A stretch of DNA of 64,000 nt from Patescibacteria group bacterium (GTDB lineage: Bacteria; Patescibacteriota; Saccharimonadia; CAILAD01; JADZBC01). The notes under the pieces were generated by a model. The model searched no databases and was not told the DNA's origin. It was given only the letters and a program-made list of their open reading frames with translations. Position 1 is the first letter of the stretch, and each line of letters opens with the position of its first letter. The translations under genes were made by a program, and so were the position numbers. This document shows, piece by piece, positions 30,528-40,128 of the stretch. The DNA lies in NCBI GenBank assembly GCA_052034495.1, contig JBPOIL010000012.1, positions 13,644-77,643 of the forward strand, given 5' to 3'.

Positions 30528-30947
30528 ATGCCGACGATTAACCAACTCATTCGAAAACCACGTTCTAAAGCTCAGCGCAAGAGTAAGTCTCCTGCAATGG
30601 GCCGTAGCTTAAACACGCTCAAGAACAAAGCCACCTCAAACACATCGCCGTTTAAGCGCGGCGTATGTGTGAAGGTATTTACTGCTACACCACGTAAGCC
30701 AAACTCAGCTCTCCGTAAGGTAGCTCGTGTTCGACTGACCAACGGTATGGAAGTAACTGCCTACATAGGTGGGGTTGGGCATAACCTTCAGGAGCATTCA
30801 GTCGTGTTGGTGCGCGGCGGACGCGTAAAGGACCTTGGTGGTGTGCGATACCACATCGTTCGTGGCGCGCTTGATACTGCAGGTGTAGCTGGTCGCAAGC
30901 AAGGCCGCAGTAAGTACGGCGCTAAACTAGAGAAAGCAAAGGCCTAA
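30528..30947 (+). CDS. rpsL: 30S ribosomal protein S12, carrying a ~15-aa internal insertion
   Basis: [11 protein letters not shown] and [17 protein letters not shown] motifs; 139 aa versus ~124 typical. Confidence 0.9.
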   Translation: MPTINQLIRKPRSKAQRKSKSPAMGRSLNTLKNKATSNTSPFKRGVCVKVFTATPRKPNSALRKVARVRLTNGMEVTAYIGGVGHNLQEHSVVLVRGGRVKDLGGVRYHIVRGALDTAGVAGRKQGRSKYGAKLEKAKA

Positions 30948-30950
30948 GAG

Positions 30951-31427
30951 ATGCCAAGGAAAAAGACCAAATCACTGAAGCGCGAATTACCTGCAGACAT
31001 TGTGTATAACAATGTCATGGTTACTCGCATGATTAATAAGGTAATGCGCAGCGGCAAGAAGCGCCTTGCCGAAAGCTTAGTATATGACGCTCTGTCACAA
31101 GCTAGCGAAAAGGCTCAAAAAGATGCACTAGAAGTATTCGAAGGCGCGATTAAGAACGTTTCGCCTCAGGTTCAGGTCAAGAGTAAGCGAATAGGCGGAA
31201 CTAATTATCAGGTTCCTATGGAAGTTAAGGGAGACCGCAAGGTTCACTTGGCAATGACATGGATACTGACGGCGGCTCGAGGTCGTAGTGGAAATTCATT
31301 CGACCGACTGCTTGCTAACGAGCTTGTAGACGCCTATAACAACACTGGTGAAGCAGTTAAGAAGAAGCAAGATACTCACCAGATGGCCGAAGCTAACAAG
31401 GCTTTCGCGCACTTCGCTCGATACTAG
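30951..31427 (+). CDS. rpsG: 30S ribosomal protein S7
   Basis: S7 family sequence, 158 aa. Confidence 0.9.
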   Translation: MPRKKTKSLKRELPADIVYNNVMVTRMINKVMRSGKKRLAESLVYDALSQASEKAQKDALEVFEGAIKNVSPQVQVKSKRIGGTNYQVPMEVKGDRKVHLAMTWILTAARGRSGNSFDRLLANELVDAYNNTGEAVKKKQDTHQMAEANKAFAHFARY

Positions 31428-31448
31428 TTCTCGAAGCAAGAACATACG

Positions 31449-31475
31449 AAAGACCCCTCATAATGAGGGGTCTTT
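31449..31475 (+). terminator. Rho-independent terminator after rpsG
   Basis: aaAGACCCCTCAtaaTGAGGGGTCTtt. Confidence 0.7.
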
Positions 31476-31510
31476 CGTATTGAGACGAGAGTATACTGGA
31501 AGAGTTATGA

Positions 31511-31534
31511 GGCCCTAGCGCATGCGCTAGGGCC
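31511..31534. repeat. perfect 24-nt palindrome GGCCCTAGCGCATGCGCTAGGGCC at the edge of the tdk island
   Basis: Read directly from the sequence; candidate terminator for the minus-strand island transcript, or a protein-binding site. Confidence 0.5.
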
Positions 31535-31557
31535 TCGGGTGAGGGTTGGTCTGAACT

Positions 31558-31776
31558 TCAGTCCGAAGGGTCTTCCGGGGGAAGGCGCTTGTCCCAGGGG
31601 ATCTCGCGAGGGCCACCCTGCAGGATGGTCGGAGCTTCTTCTTCTCCTCCTTCGCTGAGCAGGTGCCTTCCCGGAAGAGGGCTCCCGGTCGGCACAGTGG
31701 GCTCCAGCCCCGTGAATCCGGCCTGGAGGCGCGCACGAAGATCGGCGCCATCTCTCATTGCTTGGTCGTCAGCCAT
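31558..31776 (-). CDS. hypothetical acidic, Pro/Gly-rich small protein (72 aa) downstream of tdk in the high-GC island
   Basis: Same strand as tdk with a 77-nt gap; high GC; weak RBS; could be non-coding. Confidence 0.25.
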   Translation of the reverse strand: MADDQAMRDGADLRARLQAGFTGLEPTVPTGSPLPGRHLLSEGGEEEAPTILQGGPREIPWDKRLPPEDPSD

Positions 31777-31853
31777 CCTATTTGGCCTTGCCTTTCTGTT
31801 CGGTGATCAAGCCTTAGCCATATTAAACGAGCTTCCGCCCGAAGACAAGTGCA

Positions 31854-32399
31854 TTATGCGCGAACAAAGCATGTGCGACAGCGTGCCTCATAGCTATAGG
31901 TACCGTCCTCTGGCAGGATGGACGGAAGCCCTCCTGTGACTACCTCGCCGCCGTTGAGGACTTGGCTAAACCGTGCCTCATAGCTTCTGCACACGTCACA
32001 AACTGCGACAAGGCATTGCACACTTGTCGGCCCAAGTTCCATCAGGGCAACGGTGCCTTCGGTCAGTATGCCGCGATAGTCCATATCGAGCCCGACCGCG
32101 TACACAGTCGTCCCCCTGGATAGCAGTGTATCCAGTGAGCGCAGATCGTCTGGGCTGAACATATGCACTTCGTCTATACCGACTACGTCGTAGTCGGCAA
32201 GCCAGTCGACGTCGATTCCGTCGACCTTTGTCGTCTTGATGCTGGCTCCGGCACGAGAGCTCACTCGGTCTTCCCGGTCGTGCAGGTTGGGCTGCAGGAC
32301 TACCCACTTCAAATCGCTGTGCACGAGTGGCGAGAAGATCTTTATGAGCTCGAGCGATTTACCTGACTTCATGGGTCCCACGGTTAGGTGTAGTGGCAT
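31854..32399 (-). CDS. tdk: thymidine kinase, encoded in a high-GC island on the opposite strand between rpsG and fusA
   Basis: P-loop GPMKSGKS, VVGIDEVHMF, C-terminal zinc-ribbon cysteines (CDVC...CRTC). Start placed at the second ATG (AAGGAG RBS 9 nt upstream); the track ORF extends to 32408. Confidence 0.8.
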   Translation of the reverse strand: MPLHLTVGPMKSGKSLELIKIFSPLVHSDLKWVVLQPNLHDREDRVSSRAGASIKTTKVDGIDVDWLADYDVVGIDEVHMFSPDDLRSLDTLLSRGTTVYAVGLDMDYRGILTEGTVALMELGPTSVQCLVAVCDVCRSYEARFSQVLNGGEVVTGGLPSILPEDGTYSYEARCRTCFVRA

Positions 32400-32533
32400 T
32401 CGTTCCATCTCCTTACGGTTTCTTGACGTGATTATATTCTAGCTTACGAATCTAGCATTCTACCAGCCGTTAGTCGCATGAGGCCTATAGGCTAGGATTT
32501 TCCTTTGACGGCGTTGCATCCTGGGTTTTTACT

Positions 32534-32561
32534 TGATAAAGCGAAGATAATTCACTATAAT
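32534..32561 (+). promoter_or_regulatory. sigma70-type promoter for fusA-tuf
   Basis: TTGATA, 16-nt spacer, TATAAT. Confidence 0.45.
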
Positions 32562-32637
32562 TACCTAGGAATAAAGCACGGATAATGCAACCGGCTTTTT
32601 TGTTTACTAAGCTTACTAAGAAGGAACTTAACTTATC

Positions 32638-34746
<2,109 letters not shown>

Positions 34747-34767
34747 GTCGGTTCAAATTTAGAACAC

Positions 34768-34803
34768 AAAGAGACCTTGTCAGATTGACAAGGTCTCTTT
34801 GTT
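34768..34803 (+). terminator. Rho-independent terminator after fusA
   Basis: AAAGAGACCTTGTCAgatTGACAAGGTCTCTTTgtt. Confidence 0.75.
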
Positions 34804-34959
34804 AGGTTATGATACTGAGCGAGATCGACCAGGTCTTCTAGCAGACAGCCTAGTAGTAGGTAGTAGTCGAACGAGTCGGGAATGTTGAGCCCGACAAAGG
34901 CGATGAAAGCAGACGTGCTGCAGCACATCATCTGTTCTACTGAAAGCATTCACCGTTCC

Positions 34960-35345
34960 GCGCCGCCGCGTGAACTCAACCTCTGGCACGCTTCAGGTAA
35001 GCGCCGAGGTCGATAAAGTGGAGGAACTAGACTGGTTTGCAAAACCACATATCCTGCGAAAGCAGAGGCTCGGAGGCATTCGGGCGGTTCGTATCTTCGG
35101 GGTCAGGAATCTTCTCAAGACCCGTAAGGAACCAGATTGTGGGTGGCGTGCATAATGATTTCTATGCGCGCGCGTCGCACCTCGCGTTAACGCCTCACGA
35201 GCGTTGCGAGGTTTTCGGGAGACGCCGGTTGCCGTCAGGCAGCCACCAAGGTGTGTGGATTCTAGGTACCTCTGCCTGAGGAGGCCCGAGCCTAGGCTCC
35301 ACACACGCTCTGCCCCTGGCTTCCGCCAGGGGCGCTCTGCTTTAA
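34960..35345. other. GC-rich structured non-coding island in the unusually long fusA-tuf spacer
   Basis: No credible ORF. Long imperfect hairpin GGTGTGTGGA...CTAGG...CCTAG...TCCACACAC (about 35254-35308), followed by GCCCCTGGcttccgCCAGGGGC. Confidence 0.3.
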
Positions 35346-35352
35346 AAGTCTT

Positions 35353-35381
35353 TACATTGGAGCAGTTTTTACCTATAATCG
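35353..35381 (+). promoter_or_regulatory. sigma70-type promoter for tuf
   Basis: TTTACA, 17-nt spacer, TATAAT. Confidence 0.5.
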
Positions 35382-35461
35382 AAAAGTCTAAGGCCTAGAC
35401 ATATTTTTATGTGTCTTCGCCAAGCGCTTATAAATTTAACAACGTTCAACAAGGAGAATAT

Positions 35462-36646
35462 ATGGCAGAACAATTCGATCGCAGTAAGCCGCATGTTAAT
35501 GTCGGTACTATGGGGCACGTAGATCACGGTAAGACTACTCTTACTGCTGCAATCACCCACGTATTGGCTAAGAAGCTTCCTAGCGCAGTAAACAAGCCAA
35601 TTAACTACGATGAAATCGACAAGGCTCCAGAAGAGCGCGAGCGTGGAATCACTATCGCAACTTCTCACCAGGAGTACGAAAGCGAAAAGCGACACTATGC
35701 TCACGTCGATATGCCTGGTCACGCTGACTATGTAAAGAACATGATCACTGGTGCTGCTCAGATTGACGGTGCTGTATTGGTGGTATCTGCTGCTGATGGC
35801 CCAATGCCACAGACCCGAGAGCACGTTCTCTTGGCTCGACAGGTTGGTGTTCCATATATCCTTGTCTACATGAACAAGATGGATATGGCCGACCCAGAGC
35901 TTGCTGAGCTTGTTGAGATCGAAATCCGCGAACTCCTAGAAAAGAACGGCTACGACGAGAACGCCCCAATCATTAAGGGTTCTGCCCTTAAGGCACTCGA
36001 AGGCGATGCCGCTGCAGAAGACTCAATCATGGAGCTTGTGAAAGCTATGGACGAAAGTGTTCCAGAGCCAAAGCGCGAAATCGATAAGCCATTCCTAATG
36101 CCAATCGAAGACGTATTCTCAATCAAAGGTCGTGGTACGGTAGCTACCGGACGAATTGAACAGGGAATCGTGAACGTAGGTGAAGAAGTAGAGATCGTTG
36201 GCCTTCACGACACCAAAAAGACTACGGTAACTGGTGTAGAAATGTTCAAGAAGCTCCTCGACGAAGGTCGTGCTGGAGACAACGTTGGCTTACTCCTACG
36301 TGGTATTGAGCGAACTGATATCGAACGCGGTCAGGTTCTGGCTAAGCCAGGTTCAATCACCCCTCACACCGAGTTTGATTCTGAAGTTTACGTTCTTAAG
36401 AAGGAAGAGGGCGGTCGCCACACTCCATTCTTCAAGGGCTACAAGCCACAGTTTTACATCCGCACAACCGACGTTACTGGTGAAGTTACCCTACCAGACG
36501 GCGTAGAAATGGTAATGCCAGGGGATAACATCAAGATGAAGGTTAAGCTCATCGCCCCGATTGCCATGGAAGAAGGACTCCGATTCGCCATCCGCGAAGG
36601 TGGCCGAACCGTAGGTGCTGGTGTTGTAACTAAGATTAACAAGTAA
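35462..36646 (+). CDS. tuf: elongation factor Tu (track ORF starts 17 codons upstream at 35411)
   Basis: [26 protein letters not shown]; AAGGAG RBS 5 nt upstream of ATG 35462; 394 aa. Confidence 0.95.
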   Translation: MAEQFDRSKPHVNVGTMGHVDHGKTTLTAAITHVLAKKLPSAVNKPINYDEIDKAPEERERGITIATSHQEYESEKRHYAHVDMPGHADYVKNMITGAAQIDGAVLVVSAADGPMPQTREHVLLARQVGVPYILVYMNKMDMADPELAELVEIEIRELLEKNGYDENAPIIKGSALKALEGDAAAEDSIMELVKAMDESVPEPKREIDKPFLMPIEDVFSIKGRGTVATGRIEQGIVNVGEEVEIVGLHDTKKTTVTGVEMFKKLLDEGRAGDNVGLLLRGIERTDIERGQVLAKPGSITPHTEFDSEVYVLKKEEGGRHTPFFKGYKPQFYIRTTDVTGEVTLPDGVEMVMPGDNIKMKVKLIAPIAMEEGLRFAIREGGRTVGAGVVTKINK

Positions 36647-36670
36647 CCAGGACTATAACGGAACCTTCAC

Positions 36671-36991
36671 ATGCCAGAACAAGCAAACAAACAACGCATC
36701 CGCATTCGCCTCAAGGCGTACGACAGTAAAATTATCGATCAGTCTGCTAAGCAGATCCTTGATACTGCCGTACGTACCGGCGCACAGGTAGTTGGTCCAG
36801 TGCCACTACCTACTGATAAGAACAAGTTTACGGTGCTATCTAGCCCCCACGTGTTCAAAGACGCTCGTGAACAGTTCGAAATGCGTACACACAAACGTTT
36901 AATCGATATTACTGAGCCAACTCCGAAGACGATCGATTCACTTATGAATCTTAACCTTCCAGCTGGTGTAGACATTGAAATTAAGATGTAA
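36671..36991 (+). CDS. rpsJ: 30S ribosomal protein S10
   Basis: [11 protein letters not shown]...; 106 aa. Confidence 0.9.
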   Translation: MPEQANKQRIRIRLKAYDSKIIDQSAKQILDTAVRTGAQVVGPVPLPTDKNKFTVLSSPHVFKDAREQFEMRTHKRLIDITEPTPKTIDSLMNLNLPAGVDIEIKM

Positions 36992-37009
36992 TTTGCTCGA
37001 TCTAGTGTG

Positions 37010-37046
37010 AATCTAAAAGCCCCTCTTAACGAGGGGCTTTTAGATT
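37010..37046. terminator. bidirectional terminator after rpsJ (perfect 16-bp arms)
   Basis: AATCTAAAAGCCCCTCttaacGAGGGGCTTTTAGATT. Confidence 0.75.
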
Positions 37047-37151
37047 GGCTATGATTTGGCGTGAGCCGTTCTTCAATACACTACGCCTTGTACTTAGTGA
37101 ATTAATATGTTAAAGTATGTATATCATCCGCCCAGACGAGGAGAGTAAGCA

Positions 37152-37457
37152 GTGGAAATCACGATTCACTCATCTCGTCTTAGGCGTGATGTAAGTGGGA
37201 AACTTGACCCGCACGAGGTAGAGGATTATACCCGCCTTGTAAGGACGTTGCTCAATGGCGCACCCAAGCTCAATATCACTCGGGTACGACTTGTCCTTGC
37301 AGAGGATCTGCCTACGGGGCTTGAGTGGCGCATCGAGGTTAAGTCTGCACCCTCTGCGGCAGACACGCGTGTTCACATCATGAAGCGCTTCAAGACACAC
37401 CTGCGCCACCCGAAGGTGGTCGATGGAAGTGACGTCGAAGTGACGTTCCTTTCTTAG
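37152..37457 (+). CDS. hypothetical protein (101 aa, GTG start)
   Basis: GAGGAG RBS 8 nt upstream of GTG; no recognisable motif. Confidence 0.4.
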   Translation: MEITIHSSRLRRDVSGKLDPHEVEDYTRLVRTLLNGAPKLNITRVRLVLAEDLPTGLEWRIEVKSAPSAADTRVHIMKRFKTHLRHPKVVDGSDVEVTFLS

Positions 37458-37485
37458 CAGTAGGCGTGACATCTCTATTCGCAAA

Positions 37486-37520
37486 GCCCGCCCGGGTCAT
37501 CTCGGGCGGGCTCAGTCTTT
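37486..37520. terminator. terminator hairpin
   Basis: GCCCGCCCGGGtcatctCGGGCGGGC plus a T-rich stretch. Confidence 0.65.
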
Positions 37521-37530
37521 ACTCGTATAA

Positions 37531-37563
37531 CCAAAAAGTACCCGAATAATAGGTACTTTTTGG
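37531..37563. terminator. bidirectional terminator (perfect palindrome with A-run and T-run)
   Basis: CCAAAAAGTACCCgaataataGGTACTTTTTGG. Confidence 0.65.
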
Positions 37564-37608
37564 TTAAGACAGAACAAAGGCATCAAGTGTTTAATAGCTT
37601 TGGTCCGC

Positions 37609-37638
37609 CCGCCTGACCCCGATGAAGGGGTCAGGCGG
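37609..37638. terminator. terminator hairpin overlapping the stop of the minus-strand ORF
   Basis: CCGCCTGACCCCgatgaaGGGGTCAGGCGG. Confidence 0.55.
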
Positions 37639-37924
37639 AGAATGCATCTTCAGGTACGAGACCCAATCGTGCAGGGGTGGAGAACGGCGGCTCCCAGTAG
37701 TGGTCATCGAAGCGTTCACGGATTGCAGCGATGACGACTTCTACCTGGTGGTCGGTCATCGCGACCTCTGCCACCTCGTAGGTGAGACCTGCCAGGTGTT
37801 GTACCCGTGCGCCTCTCTGGCCAAGTGAGACCAGCTCTTGCTGTAGGAAGTTGATGACGAGCTGATGATCATCTTCTGGAATCATCACCTGGAACTGCCG
37901 CATGACATCTTGTCGTACGTGCAT
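37631..37924 (-). CDS. hypothetical protein (97 aa; start at the ATG with AGGAGG RBS; track ORF extends to 37993)
   Basis: AGGAGG 9 nt upstream of ATG CAC GTA...; no recognisable motif. Confidence 0.4.
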   Translation of the reverse strand: MHVRQDVMRQFQVMIPEDDHQLVINFLQQELVSLGQRGARVQHLAGLTYEVAEVAMTDHQVEVVIAAIRERFDDHYWEPPFSTPARLGLVPEDAFSA

Positions 37925-38093
37925 TGCACCGAACCTCCTTTCGAAGTTTGTGGCTCGGTGAGCTACAGACTGTATCTGCAATTCACCGGCCACAATCCCT
38001 AAAAGTTTGCAAAGTGCTTAAGGCTATGCCTTAATGTGCACAAATCATACTACAGATAGGTTGACACGTCAATAAGAATGTTGAAAAAAAGAC

Positions 38094-38122
38094 TAGACAA
38101 ACAATGCTAGCTGTGTTACTAT
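38094..38122 (+). promoter_or_regulatory. sigma70-type promoter driving the large structured RNA
   Basis: TAGACA, 17-nt spacer, TACTAT, in an AT-rich stretch. Confidence 0.4.
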
Positions 38123-38128
38123 GTGTAT

Positions 38129-38677
38129 CTAAGTTTGGTTTACGCCAAATTGCACCTTATATTTGGACTTCGGTCCATACAATCAGCTCTTGATACATTG
38201 AGCGTTGATTGTATGGACCTGACACCTTAGGTAAAGTCCATTGAATTGAAATCCGATCCATTTGAGGCTACGGCCACAAGAAAGGGTAGTAGCTTGCACG
38301 GAAGAGCGCACGTTTGCTGGTTCGCCAGTGTGACGTCACCGTTTCTCCTAGCACGCTACAATGCCCTGTAGGGTCGGATGATACCGGAAGCAACGGCCCG
38401 AGGGCCACCGCTTCCTGGTGTCGCCAGAGAATTTACGCCACGCGGCTTGCCGTAGGTATTGTTCTCTGAGCTTCGCGCCTTCTGCTTCGGCAGAAGGTCA
38501 TACGCTGAGGGTCCCGCCCCCTCAGTCGCGCAGGGTGGGTTCCGCCACCTGCCCTTGCGCACGACGCGCCCCGGGATCCGCCGCCTGGGACGCGCAGGTC
38601 GGCGGGGTGGCCTCCGGGCCACCCCGCCGCACCCACCACGAGACCTTGAACTTTGTTCAGGGTCTTCTTTCATTTTT
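38129..38677 (+). ncRNA. candidate large structured ncRNA (~550 nt) of unknown class, promoter to intrinsic terminator; its 3' third is extremely GC-rich
   Basis: No credible ORF. Series of perfect hairpins: GGTCCATACAATCA/TGATTGTATGGACC (38172-38219); CCTTCTGC-UUCG-GCAGAAGG tetraloop (38478-38497); CTGAGGG/CCCTCAG (38505-38525); GGCGGGGTGGCC-tccg-GGCCACCCCGCC. Terminator GAGACC...GGTCTTC plus T-run at 38640-38677. Motifs AAAGTCC (38233) after the first hairpin and GGAAGAGCGCAC (38300) are reminiscent of RNase P RNA, but the spacing does not fit. Confidence 0.4.
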
Positions 38678-38727
38678 GGATTAACTTTCTCTTCGACTCC
38701 CCATAGTTTTTATGCTTAAATAGAGTA

Positions 38728-38991
38728 ATGAAGAATAAGGGCGGCAAAAGGTATTACGAGTCTGACTTCGCTTTTTTGGTAAAGGCGGGCCTTTATCTCA
38801 TCCTCGGACTTACATGGATATCGATTAACGGACATAGAGTGATCCCGATAGGTGTAATCCTGGGCTTTATATTCTCTAAGGTTGATGTGCTAAGGATTGA
38901 TCGCAAGATAGAATATGCTCTACTCGTCGTTGGGGCGCTCTTAGGGCTGGTTTTTACGGGCATTGGCTTAACGATCTCCATTAGTCTATAG
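38728..38991 (+). CDS. small hydrophobic membrane protein (87 aa, two predicted TM helices)
   Basis: Hydrophobic stretches LYLILGLTWISI and VGALLGLVFTGIGLTISI. Confidence 0.4.
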   Translation: MKNKGGKRYYESDFAFLVKAGLYLILGLTWISINGHRVIPIGVILGFIFSKVDVLRIDRKIEYALLVVGALLGLVFTGIGLTISISL

Positions 38992-38993
38992 TC

Positions 38994-39320
38994 ATGGAGT
39001 TTACGCCTACACCCGCATTTTGGGTCAGTTTGCTGCCGGTGCCATTTTTGACCTACCTTAATATTAAAGTCGGCTTCCTTTTACTCGAGCTCCGCAGGCG
39101 CAACCGTGTCAAACGTATAAAATCAAGCAAGCTCTACAACCAGGGGAGGGCACTAGGTATGATATCTGCTTGCTTTGCCTTGTTGCCTGCAATCTTGGAG
39201 TGGCGTATATTCGTTCAGAACCCATGGTGGGCAATATCCTACCTCATAGGTGGTATTTTGGGCGTGCTTGCGCTCAGAATGGTACAAAGGGGCCTCAAGG
39301 CCGAGCTGCGGCGTAAGTAG
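38994..39320 (+). CDS. small hydrophobic membrane protein (108 aa, 3 predicted TM helices), 2 nt after the preceding ORF
   Basis: Hydrophobic segments; basic loop RRRNRVKRIKSSK. Confidence 0.4.
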   Translation: MEFTPTPAFWVSLLPVPFLTYLNIKVGFLLLELRRRNRVKRIKSSKLYNQGRALGMISACFALLPAILEWRIFVQNPWWAISYLIGGILGVLALRMVQRGLKAELRRK

Positions 39321-39344
39321 GCGCTTATCTAGGCTCGAAAACTG

Positions 39345-39374
39345 TTGACACTCCTGTTGGTTATCTGGTACACT
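39345..39374 (+). promoter_or_regulatory. promoter for the rplC-led ribosomal operon, followed by a ~140-nt leader
   Basis: TTGACA, 18-nt spacer, TACACT. The leader contains the hairpin GTCCG...CGGAC and a T-run at ~39483-39490. Confidence 0.4.
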
Positions 39375-39518
39375 AACGCTTGGTCTAAAACATTCCTTTT
39401 CAGGCTTAACGGCTGGGAAGTGATTAGGTCCGCTCGGTACAGGGTAAAGCGCCCGGACGGAAACCCATCAACTTGCCAGGATTTGTTTTTCTAGAATAAT
39501 CACATTAAGGAATCACGC

Positions 39519-40124
39519 GTGAAAGCACTGCTTGCTAAAAAGATAGGTATGACCCAGATTTTTGACGAATCGGGCGTAATGACTCCAGTAACTGTACTGG
39601 AGGCTGGTCCGTGTGTGATTACTCAGCTCAAAAGCGAAGAGCGAGACGGATATAGTGCAGTTCAGATTGGGTTTGGAGAAGCCAAGCACCAAGCCAAGCC
39701 GCAAGCCGGCCACCTCAAGCCAGCCAAAGCCAATAGCCGTTTCCTTACTGAGTATCGCGTAGATGGAGATCAGCCAGAGATGACAATTGGAGATGAACTT
39801 AAAGCCGATGTTTTTGCCGTCGGTGACAGCATAACAGTAAGTGCTGTTTCTAAGGGCAAAGGCTTCGCCGGAACTATCAAGCGTCACAACTTCGCTCGTG
39901 GTCCAATGAGTCACGGTAGCCATAATCACCGTGCTCCTGGTTCAATTGGTGCTGGTTATCCCCAACACGTGTTTAAAGGTCAAAAGATGGCCGGTCAAAT
40001 GGGTAGTAAGGCCGTTACCGTTAAGAACCTCAAGGTAATGGAAGTAGATGTAGAAAATAACTTGCTCGTGGTTCGTGGTGCAGTTCCAGGCCCAAAAAAG
40101 AGCTTAGTAATGGTGAGAGGCTAA
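39519..40124 (+). CDS. rplC: 50S ribosomal protein L3 (GTG start)
   Basis: L3 family sequence; AAGGAA RBS. Confidence 0.9.
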   Translation: MKALLAKKIGMTQIFDESGVMTPVTVLEAGPCVITQLKSEERDGYSAVQIGFGEAKHQAKPQAGHLKPAKANSRFLTEYRVDGDQPEMTIGDELKADVFAVGDSITVSAVSKGKGFAGTIKRHNFARGPMSHGSHNHRAPGSIGAGYPQHVFKGQKMAGQMGSKAVTVKNLKVMEVDVENNLLVVRGAVPGPKKSLVMVRG

Positions 40125-40128
40125 GGAC

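Noticed and set aside
31589-32442. Plus-strand ORFs 31589-31939, 31973-32158, 32163-32366 and 32236-32442 within the tdk island
   Set aside because: They lie opposite the well-supported minus-strand tdk or acidic ORF and give low-complexity translations from a GC-rich frame.
35037-35398. ORFs in the GC-rich fusA-tuf spacer (35037-35279 +, 34993-35304 -, 35204-35398 +)
   Set aside because: Junk-like Arg/Ser/Gly-rich translations with no GC3 periodicity evident; they also overlap the mapped tuf promoter.
35411-35461. 17-codon N-terminal extension of tuf in the ORF track ([17 protein letters not shown])
   Set aside because: EF-Tu universally begins near MAKEKF/MAEQF. An AAGGAG RBS precedes ATG 35462, and the extension would start inside the promoter-proximal leader.
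38356-38719. ORFs 38356-38673 (-), 38418-38684 (+), 38433-38639 (-) and 38459-38719 (+) in the extremely GC-rich segment
   Set aside because: They are Pro/Arg/Gly-rich with no coding signal and are fully explained by the hairpin-dense structured RNA region.
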